DNA of 25,375 nucleotides, taken from NCBI GenBank assembly GCA_050248915.1, contig JBFWRL010000077.1, positions 1 through 25,375 on the forward strand, read 5' to 3'. The notes below the pieces were generated by a model, which had not been told where the DNA came from, did no database searches, and was given only the letters and a program-made list of their open reading frames with translations. The DNA comes from Candidatus Sericytochromatia bacterium. Its GTDB lineage: Bacteria > Cyanobacteriota > Sericytochromatia > UBA7694. Of the stretch, positions 7,133 through 15,500 are shown piece by piece; position 1 is the first letter of the stretch, and the number at the start of each line of letters is the position of its first letter. The position numbers and the translations under genes are program-made.

Positions 7133-8407
7133 TTAAACTTTTTGATACAAACCTTTTGCGCGAATATAGCCCGCCACCTCAGGCAGCAGAGCTTGCTCCC
7201 AGCCTGATTGACCTGTTGCTACCGCCTGCCGGATCTGGGTCGAAGCCACGGGCAAATGCAGGGCCAAATACCTGCAACAATCAGCCCAATGTTTAGCCGC
7301 CGCCTGGCCAGCCTCAGAAAAGACCAATTCACTTTCGCGCCCACAGACCCAGAGCTGGGTATTTTGGGCAAAAAGACGTTCCAATCCCTCCTGCAATCCG
7401 CCGGAGAGCGTCGTATAATAACGCGGCTCAAAGACCCGGCGGTAGAGATCTTCGCCGCAGACAAAATCCACGCGCGCAGCGCCACCCGCCCGCCTGAATA
7501 ATTCGGCGGTTTGATACAGCGCGGGGGTGCAAGTCAGAGCCACAGGCCAGGGCTGAAAGGCCAACATCGCCAAACGATGGGCCAAATCGGTACTGGCGGC
7601 CTGGCCTTTATCGGCATTGCTGAGGCTGATTTCCAGCACTGGCAGTAATTCTGGGGCCTGTTTGAGCACAGCTTGGGGCAAGGCCAAATGGGCCTGTGTA
7701 AGGGGATTAAAGGCCCCTTTGTGCAAAAGTAGATTTTTGCCACGCAGCGCTTCCAATGGGCGTACCGCTTGCAAAGAACCCGCTTGGGGCAAAAACAGCA
7801 ATAACTCCGCGTGACCCGCTTGCAGCAATTCACAGGCTTTGAGGGTATTCTCAAAGGCTGAGAGATGCCAGCCCTGCCAGAGATCCATCTGAAATCCCGC
7901 AGGCAAAACCAAATGCAAAGGTGACAAGTCATTGTTTTCAGCCAATTGGCAAAGCAATTGCACCCCCACTTGACCCAGGCCAAATTGCTGCTCCAGCCTT
8001 GAAACCGCAGGCAAACGCAGGTGAATGCTCCAGCCCCGGCCATCAGACAGGGCCAGCGCCACCCAGACATGGTGATCGCCACGGATCTCGGTATCCGAGG
8101 CCACAACGCCACTCAAAGCCAACGAAAAAAAATGGTTCTGACTGTGTAAATTCTGCCGGGCCCAATTTTCAACCGTCTCACAGGCCACGGAACGGGCCTG
8201 TTGACCATAACGCAAAAGCTGGGCCGCTTGGGCATAAGTGCTGTATCCCGCCCAAAGGGTTGAAGAGGCACCGGGGGCACTTTGTAACAAAGTCTGTACC
8301 CAAGACCCTGTGCCCACCTCTTCGATCACACCCTGCCAAGGGGAATCATGCAAACAGAGCAGACCCTTCTGCAGAGCCAAAATTCGGTTTTCAAGCGAAT
8401 CTAACAT
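7133..8407 (-). CDS. Fusion protein: CinA C-terminal-like (PncC-type NMN deamidase) domain plus a NadD-like nicotinate/nicotinamide-nucleotide adenylyltransferase domain
   Basis: The N-terminal half (EEVGTGSWVQTLLQSAPGASSTLWAGYSTYAQAAQ...LSGVVAS...HVWVALALSDGRG) parallels the CinA-C/PncC core (ESCTGGW...AGSSAWFERGFVTYSNEAK...ISGIAGP...TVWFAFA). The C-terminal half (LLLHKGAFNPLTQAHLAL...FVCGEDL...ASTQIRQAV...IRAKGLY) parallels NadD (GGTFDPVHYGHL...ISATIIRERL...QQGLY), but the H-x-G-H motif reads T-Q-A-H. Confidence 0.55.
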   Translation of the reverse strand: MLDSLENRILALQKGLLCLHDSPWQGVIEEVGTGSWVQTLLQSAPGASSTLWAGYSTYAQAAQLLRYGQQARSVACETVENWARQNLHSQNHFFSLALSGVVASDTEIRGDHHVWVALALSDGRGWSIHLRLPAVSRLEQQFGLGQVGVQLLCQLAENNDLSPLHLVLPAGFQMDLWQGWHLSAFENTLKACELLQAGHAELLLFLPQAGSLQAVRPLEALRGKNLLLHKGAFNPLTQAHLALPQAVLKQAPELLPVLEISLSNADKGQAASTDLAHRLAMLAFQPWPVALTCTPALYQTAELFRRAGGAARVDFVCGEDLYRRVFEPRYYTTLSGGLQEGLERLFAQNTQLWVCGRESELVFSEAGQAAAKHWADCCRYLALHLPVASTQIRQAVATGQSGWEQALLPEVAGYIRAKGLYQKV

Positions 8408-8411
8408 GGAA

Positions 8412-9509
8412 TTAAACCTGGCTTTCCTGTTGCAATCCTGTCGATGCCGAGACAGATTCTGGGGGCAAGAACATAACCTTGAGTTCGGGACACTGGCTGA
8501 ATTTCCAGATCTTGCCGTCGATATAATAATGGAACAGGGTCAACATACTAAAAGGGGCAAAGAGCAGATAAAAAGTGGGCTGAGAATAGCCAAAGACCTC
8601 GATCACGCCCGCAATCAGGCCATAGAGCAAAGCCGCTCCCAGCCAGCGCAGGGCCACGTGGCGAATCTGGGGAAAGCGCCGCTGCTGATACACAGCCACA
8701 AAGCCATGGTACTGGGCATTGTGGTAGGCCGTTTCGAGGGCCTCTGCCACCAAAAAAGGCACGGCTGCCACAACAAAGATACAAAAATGGGTGAGCAGGG
8801 CCATGGCCATCACCAGCAATTTGGGCAAATTGAGGGCCTGTTTGGCACTGGCCAGATGCAATTGGCGCAGCACCAAAATGCCAAAGGCCATAAAACCAGC
8901 GGCCACGGCGGTATTGCCCAGCCATTCGGGCACAACCGGAAACCAGCCAAAATGGGGGCCGTAAATCGTCAGGGCCGTGATCGGCTCATCGCTGAGCTCG
9001 ACATAGTCGTAGACCACACAGGAGAGCAAAGATATCTGAATACACCAGGCATCGAGCCGGTGATCCAAGAGTCGTTCGGGTTCGTTGAGACCATGATACA
9101 AGCGCACAAAGCCCAAATGCTGCCTGACAATATGCCAAGAGCCATAAAGTGAGACCAGCCCAATCGCCCAGGGCTCCATGCCACTGGGCACAAACAAAAA
9201 TCCCGAGAGCAAAAACAGGGCCAGGCCCCAGGTATAGAGATGGGGGTGGCGCTTAAATTCATCGGGGTCGGCATGGGTGCGCGAAAAGGTCTGAAAAATA
9301 TGCGGCAGATCGAGAAAGGTGGTGAAAACAAAGTAGGTGATCAACACCGACATGCCGGTCGGATGGTAACCCAGATAGCGCAGCCCCTCATAAAAACCCC
9401 AAAAGACAAAACAGAGCAGACCTGAACCAACAAAGAGGGTCAGGTCATAGCGGGCGCTGACCAGCCAGCGGGAGCGAAAGGTCAGGCGGGGAGGGGCCGT
9501 CGTGGACAT
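8412..9509 (-). CDS. Polytopic membrane protein of unknown function with His-containing motifs (WHIVRQH, HNAQYHG, FHYY); translationally coupled to the next gene (4-nt gap)
   Basis: The product has about 8 hydrophobic segments. A GAGGT Shine-Dalgarno lies 5 nt before the ATG at 9509. No family was recognised from sequence. Confidence 0.45.
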   Translation of the reverse strand: MSTTAPPRLTFRSRWLVSARYDLTLFVGSGLLCFVFWGFYEGLRYLGYHPTGMSVLITYFVFTTFLDLPHIFQTFSRTHADPDEFKRHPHLYTWGLALFLLSGFLFVPSGMEPWAIGLVSLYGSWHIVRQHLGFVRLYHGLNEPERLLDHRLDAWCIQISLLSCVVYDYVELSDEPITALTIYGPHFGWFPVVPEWLGNTAVAAGFMAFGILVLRQLHLASAKQALNLPKLLVMAMALLTHFCIFVVAAVPFLVAEALETAYHNAQYHGFVAVYQQRRFPQIRHVALRWLGAALLYGLIAGVIEVFGYSQPTFYLLFAPFSMLTLFHYYIDGKIWKFSQCPELKVMFLPPESVSASTGLQQESQV

Positions 9510-9519
9510 GGATTACCTC

Positions 9520-9560
9520 GTTTAAACAAAAAGGCTGCACTCACTCAAGAGTACAGCCAA
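9520..9560 (-). terminator. Rho-independent terminator or attenuator hairpin downstream of the Gly/Pro-rich gene, immediately upstream of the membrane-protein gene's Shine-Dalgarno
   Basis: The minus strand reads GGCTGTACTC-TTGAGT-GAGTGCAGCC, a 10-bp stem with one G:U pair and a 6-nt loop, followed by TTTTTGTTT. Confidence 0.5.
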
Positions 9561-9586
9561 AAGAGGGGGAAGAAAAACTAAAACAT

Positions 9587-10468
9587 TTAATTGGATTTGG
9601 GTTTGTGGGAGGCAACGAGGTTAAAACCAGCCAGGAATTCTTGGCCGACAAAGCTCTCTTTGACCTGTTTGCCGGTCCAAGCAGCGCCCCGGTACATGCC
9701 GTAACCGACGGCAGCGACACCACCGACAGCCACGCCAGCGGCTTTGGCGGTCAGTTCCAGACCTGCCAAGGGAGCGTAAACAATCATGCCAGCGGCACCT
9801 TCAGCAGACTGCGCCATGCCGTTGACCATTGTGCCCATGCCCTGGCCCATATTGACAAAGCCATCACCCATCTGTTGACCAGGGGTCGTGCCTTCGTAAA
9901 CCACTTTGCCGCCCGTTAAGGCCACAGCGGTGCGGCCCACACCTTCTAAAGCACCAGCGGGAGCATAAACCACGGCTTTGCCTGCGCCGTAGAGGGTTTG
10001 GCCCATGCCCTGAGCTTGGGTGACTTGGCCACCCCAGAAATGTTCAAAAGAACCTGCAAATTTATCGCTAAAACGGGGACGACCAGCGGGTTGATTGTTG
10101 ATTGGGCTGGCCACAGGCGGCACAAAGGGATCAGAGAAAACAGGCGCGCCACCATTGGGATTGCCCACGGGAGCACCGGGATAAGTGCCGGGTTTGGTCG
10201 GAATTGGGAAAAAGGGTTGGGGAGCAGCAGCCGGACCGCCCATAAAATATTCGTCTTGACCAACTTTGACAAAGTGAATTTCTTCTTTGGGAACACGGGG
10301 AGAGACATTCAGACGGCCGGTATCAAATTTCATGTGGGCGACATCGCGCTGAATTTGGGTATAGCGATCGGTATTGCCCCGCGCAAGGCTCTGCACCACA
10401 TTGGGTGTATATCTGAACTGGACACCTGCGTCCATTTGAGTGGGTCTGTAAGCGGCTACGGCTGTCAT
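9587..10468 (-). CDS. Hypothetical Gly/Pro/Ala-rich protein (293 aa) with an internal VYAP-x-AG-LE repeat
   Basis: A good Shine-Dalgarno (GGAAGGAAAAAGACA-ATG) precedes the start. The middle is Pro-rich (PFFPIPTKPGTYPGAPVGNPNGGAPV) and the C-terminal half is Gly/Ala-rich with the repeat KAVVYAPAGALEGVG / GMIVYAPLAGLELTA. No family was recognised. Confidence 0.5.
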   Translation of the reverse strand: MTAVAAYRPTQMDAGVQFRYTPNVVQSLARGNTDRYTQIQRDVAHMKFDTGRLNVSPRVPKEEIHFVKVGQDEYFMGGPAAAPQPFFPIPTKPGTYPGAPVGNPNGGAPVFSDPFVPPVASPINNQPAGRPRFSDKFAGSFEHFWGGQVTQAQGMGQTLYGAGKAVVYAPAGALEGVGRTAVALTGGKVVYEGTTPGQQMGDGFVNMGQGMGTMVNGMAQSAEGAAGMIVYAPLAGLELTAKAAGVAVGGVAAVGYGMYRGAAWTGKQVKESFVGQEFLAGFNLVASHKPKSN

Positions 10469-10567
10469 TGTCTTTTTCCTTCCCCAGTTTAAACACTTCT
10501 AAATCTTGAGTTAGTCTCTTAATATTCTTTATAGGAAGAAAAAGATTTATCTTACGTCAACATTGAG

Positions 10568-11365
10568 TTAAGAATTAGTTAATTCAGACCAGAGCAAATG
10601 GGCCAATTGAGCCAGCCACAAATCAGACGCAGACTCATTTTCGAGCTGATCGGCAAAAACCGCCAAGACAATTTCTGCTTGCCCATCATGAATATATCCG
10701 ACATCGCTGCGGGTGCCTGGCAGCTCTCCGGGTTTATTGGCCACAAACACGGGCGGGTTAAAGAGAAAGGGAATTTTTTCGCGATCTTGCTGCTGGTGCA
10801 AAATGGCCAACATCTGTTCACAGCCCTCGGGGCCAGGTTCAGACAATTGGTGTCTGACCAATTTTTTCATCAGCAAGACCATATCTTCGGGGGTCGTCCA
10901 ATTGTCGATGCCGCGGGCACGGGCCTCTAAATCCATCATGCGCCGCTCGATGCGGGTCTGTTTGAGGCCATTTTTGCGAATCCAGCCCTGCAGCCGGGGC
11001 AGGCCAAAGAGCTTGATCAAGAGGTTGGTGGCCGTATTGTCGCTGATTATCGTCATTTGCCGCGCCACTTCATACCAGGAGACCGGCGTGCCGGGCGCTA
11101 AATGCTCAAAATAAGGGGAATCTTCGATCCAATCTTCACTCTGATAATAATAAGGCACATCGGGAATCCAGTCGCGTTCAGCGGCGGCGCAGTACATGGC
11201 CAGAATCGGCAATTTGATCGTGCTGGCAGCAAAAAAAGGGCGATTGCCATAACTCAGGCGTTTGCCCGTTTTTAAACACTCAGCGACAAAACCCGCCTGT
11301 CCCGCCAATTGCTCTAAATGCGTCTGCAGGCTCAGGGGCAAACCTGCAGCAGGATTTTTAGCCAT
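10568..11365 (-). CDS. Class A beta-lactamase-like serine hydrolase
   Basis: The start MAKNPAAG is at 11365; the ORF track extends to 11416. The S-x-x-K motif is ASTIKL, the SDN motif is ISDNTATNLL, the omega-loop-like segment is RIERRMMDLEA..NWTTP, and the KTG position reads KPG. The ATG overlaps the AI-2E stop (ATGGCTAA). Confidence 0.7.
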   Translation of the reverse strand: MAKNPAAGLPLSLQTHLEQLAGQAGFVAECLKTGKRLSYGNRPFFAASTIKLPILAMYCAAAERDWIPDVPYYYQSEDWIEDSPYFEHLAPGTPVSWYEVARQMTIISDNTATNLLIKLFGLPRLQGWIRKNGLKQTRIERRMMDLEARARGIDNWTTPEDMVLLMKKLVRHQLSEPGPEGCEQMLAILHQQQDREKIPFLFNPPVFVANKPGELPGTRSDVGYIHDGQAEIVLAVFADQLENESASDLWLAQLAHLLWSELTNS

Positions 11366-12506
11366 GAGACTCCCCATCCGGAACAGGACCCGTGGGCATC
11401 TGTGGCTCAGGCACAATCACATGTTTAACTTGGGGATAACCCAGGCCAATTTGCACCAATTCGATCAGGGTTAAAGTCAACACGACCATCAGCGGCGCCA
11501 AAACAAGCCCCAAAAAGCCAAAGACTTTTAATCCTCCCAAAACGGCCAGAAACAGAACCAGGGTATTCAGGCGATTGTCTTCACTGCTGACCGAGCTGAT
11601 CAGAATCGGACGCAAAATATTGTCGATCGTACCCACCACCAACATTCCCCAAAGCACCAGAATCAGGGCTTTGATCGGGTGCCCCTGAAAAAAGAGCCAA
11701 GCGGCAGCTGGGGCCCAGACCACAGGCGGGCCCACCAAGGGCAAAAAAGACATCACAGCCATGGTCACCCCCCAGAGAATGGCCGAAGGCACGCCCAAAA
11801 CCAGAAAGCCAATCCCCCCCAACAGGCCCTGGGCACAGGCCGTGCCGACCGAGCCAAAGATCGAGGCCTGAATCACCTCGCGCATGCGTCCCAAGACCAG
11901 ATCTTTGTATTGAGACTCTATCGGAATCAGGGATTTGAGGTAATCGACAAAGCGTTTGCCATCACAAAAGAGAAAAAAGAGATTGATCTCCACCAGCAGT
12001 AACAAAATCACCATGCCCGAGAGCGCCTTAAAAAAGTCTTTCGAACTCGCCAGCATAAACTGGCTCAGGCCCTTGAGGGCATTCATGGCCGTTGCTTTCA
12101 AATCAAGGGTTTCGACTTTGACAAAGCGGCTGAAGGTCTCTTGGATTTGTAATAGCCAGGGATGCTGCAAAAATGGGTGATGTTGTAGAGATTCAAAATC
12201 GAAATTTTGGGCAGAATGAGAGAGCTGTCGAGCGCCAGTGCTCATGTCTTGAAAGAGCAAGACCATTAAAAATATAAATGGCAAAACCAACCCCAAGGTC
12301 AATCCCAGACACATGAGCAAAGAAGCCAGCTCTGGATGCTTGGGCATGCGCGCCAGCAGACGGGCATAAAGAGGGTAAGTCAGGCTGACAAGCACCCCAG
12401 CCCAAAGCAATGAATTTATAAAGGGCTCAAAGATCAAAAAGATCTGCCAGAACATCGCTCCCAATAACAGAGCGACAAAAAGTGTAAAAAAGAGTTTGCG
12501 ATCCAT
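11358..12506 (-). CDS. AI-2E family transporter (PerM/YhhT-like, UPF0118)
   Basis: Eight-TM topology and a characteristic C-terminal core (LGVPSAILWGVT...SFLPLVGPPVVWAPAA...GTIDNILRPILIS...GLKVFGFLGLVLAPL). Confidence 0.8.
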   Translation of the reverse strand: MDRKLFFTLFVALLLGAMFWQIFLIFEPFINSLLWAGVLVSLTYPLYARLLARMPKHPELASLLMCLGLTLGLVLPFIFLMVLLFQDMSTGARQLSHSAQNFDFESLQHHPFLQHPWLLQIQETFSRFVKVETLDLKATAMNALKGLSQFMLASSKDFFKALSGMVILLLLVEINLFFLFCDGKRFVDYLKSLIPIESQYKDLVLGRMREVIQASIFGSVGTACAQGLLGGIGFLVLGVPSAILWGVTMAVMSFLPLVGPPVVWAPAAAWLFFQGHPIKALILVLWGMLVVGTIDNILRPILISSVSSEDNRLNTLVLFLAVLGGLKVFGFLGLVLAPLMVVLTLTLIELVQIGLGYPQVKHVIVPEPQMPTGPVPDGESHG

Positions 12507-12513
12507 GCTGCTG

Positions 12514-12519
12514 ATTATA
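12514..12519 (-). promoter_or_regulatory. Perfect -10 hexamer TATAAT exactly 7 nt upstream of the AI-2E ATG; candidate leaderless transcript
   Basis: The minus strand reads gcgggaaggTATAATcagcagcATG. The upstream -35 is weak (CAGACA at a 17-nt spacer). Confidence 0.35.
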
Positions 12520-12583
12520 CCTTCCCGCTTAAAAACTGTCTGGGAGTCCTGTCACAGCATCAAAAGCGCCCCCGTCACGCAGT

Positions 12584-15500
12584 TCAAAAGGCCTGGGCCA
12601 AAAAGCTGCGGCCCGCAAAGGTCTGAATGCGCTGCTGCCAGCGGGGCAGATCATAGCTTGCCCGCAAATACTCTCTCACAGCTCTGCCACTGTGAGAAAG
12701 CTGGGTCAAGGGCTGACCAAAAGCCTTGCGCAAGAGCCAAGCGAGTTGCAAAGGGTCATTCAACACAGCCTGTTCTGCAAAAGGGCGCTCTAAAAAAGGA
12801 AATTGACTTGCAGCAATCAGCTTACAACCAGCGGCTTGGGCTGCCAAAGCCCACAGTCCATCGCAGGCCGGATCCACTTCAATAAACACCTGAGAACCGG
12901 TATACAAACCCGGCAAATTGTGGGGGCCCAACTCTTCTTGAACAAAGGTCAGGGCGGGAATTTGCTCGGGGTCAAACCCCTGATTTTCCAACCAGGCCAT
13001 GACCTGTTCGATTGCCGAATCAAAACTTTGCATCAGGGGTTTGATCACGAGGTTGACGGGTTCGGGCTCGGCAAAGGTCTGAAGGTAGGCCTTCAACAAG
13101 TGCTGCCAAACCGGCTCAGAATCAGAAGTTGAAGAAAAATCAAGACAGGCAAAAAAACAGAAACGCCCCTGCGACTCCTCTAAAACCAAGGGAGAAGCCA
13201 TGGGTGAAAAAACATCAAAATCCACAGCCGGGGGCAAATACAGCAAGGCCTGTTCAGACCACCCCAGGGCCCTTAAAGCCAAACCTTGATCTGGATGGGC
13301 ATAAAAGACTGCGGCCACAGCAGCCGGATCAGGCAGCATCTGGGCTGGGGTTTGCAGCCAAACCCAGGCCGAGGTACCTGACCAGGGTGCCTGGGTCTGA
13401 AGTTGAAAACGGGTTTGGGCAGCGACAGGTACAAATTGCAAAAGTGCACTGGAATCAGGCACAGGGGCAAAGAACAGCGCTGGCTCAGGCCAAAAAACCC
13501 GCAGGGGGCGTTTTTCAAGCTCAGTCTCAGCCAAATTCAAACGCAAATACTGCTCCAAGCTCAACCCCCGCTCCCAGGCGTGGCCCAGATAGGCCTTAAA
13601 CTTGAGCTGCTGCCCCGTCTGCAAACATTGCGATAGCAGGTTTTGCAAACCGGGCAAACAGGGTTCTATTGCAGCGGGGATCGGCAATTCGCTGAGTTCA
13701 GGCCAGTGACCGGGCTGTTCAAGCGCGCTCTGCCAAGCGGCCTGGGCCTGAGCTGCAGCATCTCTGAGCGCGGGCTGCTGATTGCAGAGCCCGCCAATCT
13801 CAATGCGAATGCGCTCTGCCATGGCTTGCCAGGAATAAGCTTCCGCCTCTTTGCGGGCCGACCGACCTTTTTGCGCAATCAGCTCAGGTTCTGCGGCAAT
13901 CTGACGTAAACACTGGGCCAAAGCAGCCACATCCACCTCGTGATAATAAGGATAAAAAGGAGTCAGGCCAATATCCCCGAGGCTCTTGCCCAATTCAAAC
14001 GCGGTCCAGGTGGGCAGATACCAGGCTGAATCAGAAGAACTGAATTCGGGGGCTGGGCCCGCTTCGGGCACCACCACCGGCAAGCCACAGGCCATGGCTT
14101 CGAGAATGGGCAGTCCAAAGCCTTCGCCACGATAGGGATGAACATAGACATCACAGGCCCGGTAAAGTGCTGCCAAGTCTTGCTCAGAGAGATCGGAACG
14201 GGTAATTAGGTGCAACGCAGGAGCCGCTGGGTTTTCGCGAAAAAAGGCCAGGGGCTCCGCCAAAGAACCCGTGGAATAGACCCCCTGATCGCCAAATCCT
14301 TTGATCACCAAGGCCACATCATCAGCCGCACTGAAGGCCTGGGCATAGGCATTTAAAAGCAGATCAATGCCTTTGCGCTGAATCAGCCCCCCGACAAATA
14401 AAAAAACCGTTTTTTTGCGCTGGGGCAAAGGCCATTGGGGCCCATCGGGGCAATAGAGGGTTGTATCCACCCCATTTGGAATCACCCGGATGCGTTCGGG
14501 CACAAGTCCCGAATGCTCAAAGCTGCGAGCCACAAAGGCCGAAGGCACCCAGACCTGATCCAGAGCGGCATTAAATGTTTGCACCCAGCTTTCAGGCAAA
14601 ACCCCGTGTTCCCAGGGCAAAATATTGACCCACTTGCCCTGTTGGGGTGGCGAGAGCCGGGGTGGCCAACGATGGCTGATCAGCACATCGGGCCATTGCC
14701 AGTGATTGTTCAAATCCCCCGGCGGCTCAGACTCGGCAAATTCGGGGGGGTGAAAAGGCAATGTAGTGAAATAAAGAGAGGGATCTGTCTGTAATAATTC
14801 GAGCAAACGGCGGTTGATTCTGGCCAAACTGTGGTGAGACTGGATCGCACCTTCCCAGAGCAGATAGCCCTCCCGGCGCGGCTCCTGGGCAGCTGCAAAG
14901 GCAGCTGGGTGTTTGTGCCAGATCAGGCGCTCCAAAGCATGAAAAATCTCAACACTCTCCAAAGCCATCATGTGTCGCTGAGCCAGATCCCGCCCCGTTT
15001 GCACTTGGGCCAAGGCCTGTTCGGGCTGACTTTCCCCCAAGAGGGCGGCTCCGTGCAGGCGAAAGGGAATTTCCAGTGGGCAAGCGGCTTCGGCGGCAGC
15101 ATAGGCCTTTAAAAGCGCCGGGCCGTCTTGGAGAGCGGTTAAGGCCTGCAAATAGAGTTGAAAAAAGGGGGCCAACGGCGCCTCAGCCAGCACAGACTCC
15201 GCTTGTGCTCGCAGTTCGGGCCAACGCCCCAAGCCCTGAAGACACTCCAATTCAATCAATTTCAAAGAGAGTTCCAGCGCCTGTGGGGGCGGATACCAAA
15301 CGGACAAAGAGACATAAATTTGCTCTTGGGCCACCAACAGAGGCGGAAAATCCATCAGCGAAAAAGTTGAGCCTTTTAAGGCGGCCAAATGGTGCAGCGC
15401 CAGCCCCCATTGCTGTTGCTTCCAGGCCCAAACCAGGGCTTGTAGGGCCTGCAAGCGGGGGGGCAATTCAGCCAGACATTGATGCGCGGCCTGCAAGAGC

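Noticed and set aside
7534-8112. 192-aa Cys/Trp-rich minus-strand ORF, and the 8238..9152 plus-strand ORF, overlapping the nadD-like and membrane-protein genes
   Set aside because: They are alternative-frame or antisense ORFs inside genes with recognisable homology. They have no Shine-Dalgarno and low-complexity composition.
9587-10468. Possibility that the Gly-rich proteins (here and at 24564..25103) are magnetosome Mms6/MamG/MamD-like proteins
   Set aside because: Only a superficial LG/GA-repeat resemblance. No other magnetosome genes (mamA/B/K/M etc.) are in the window, and the repeat pattern (VYAPxAGLE; GxxxG zipper) does not match the LGLGLG motif closely.
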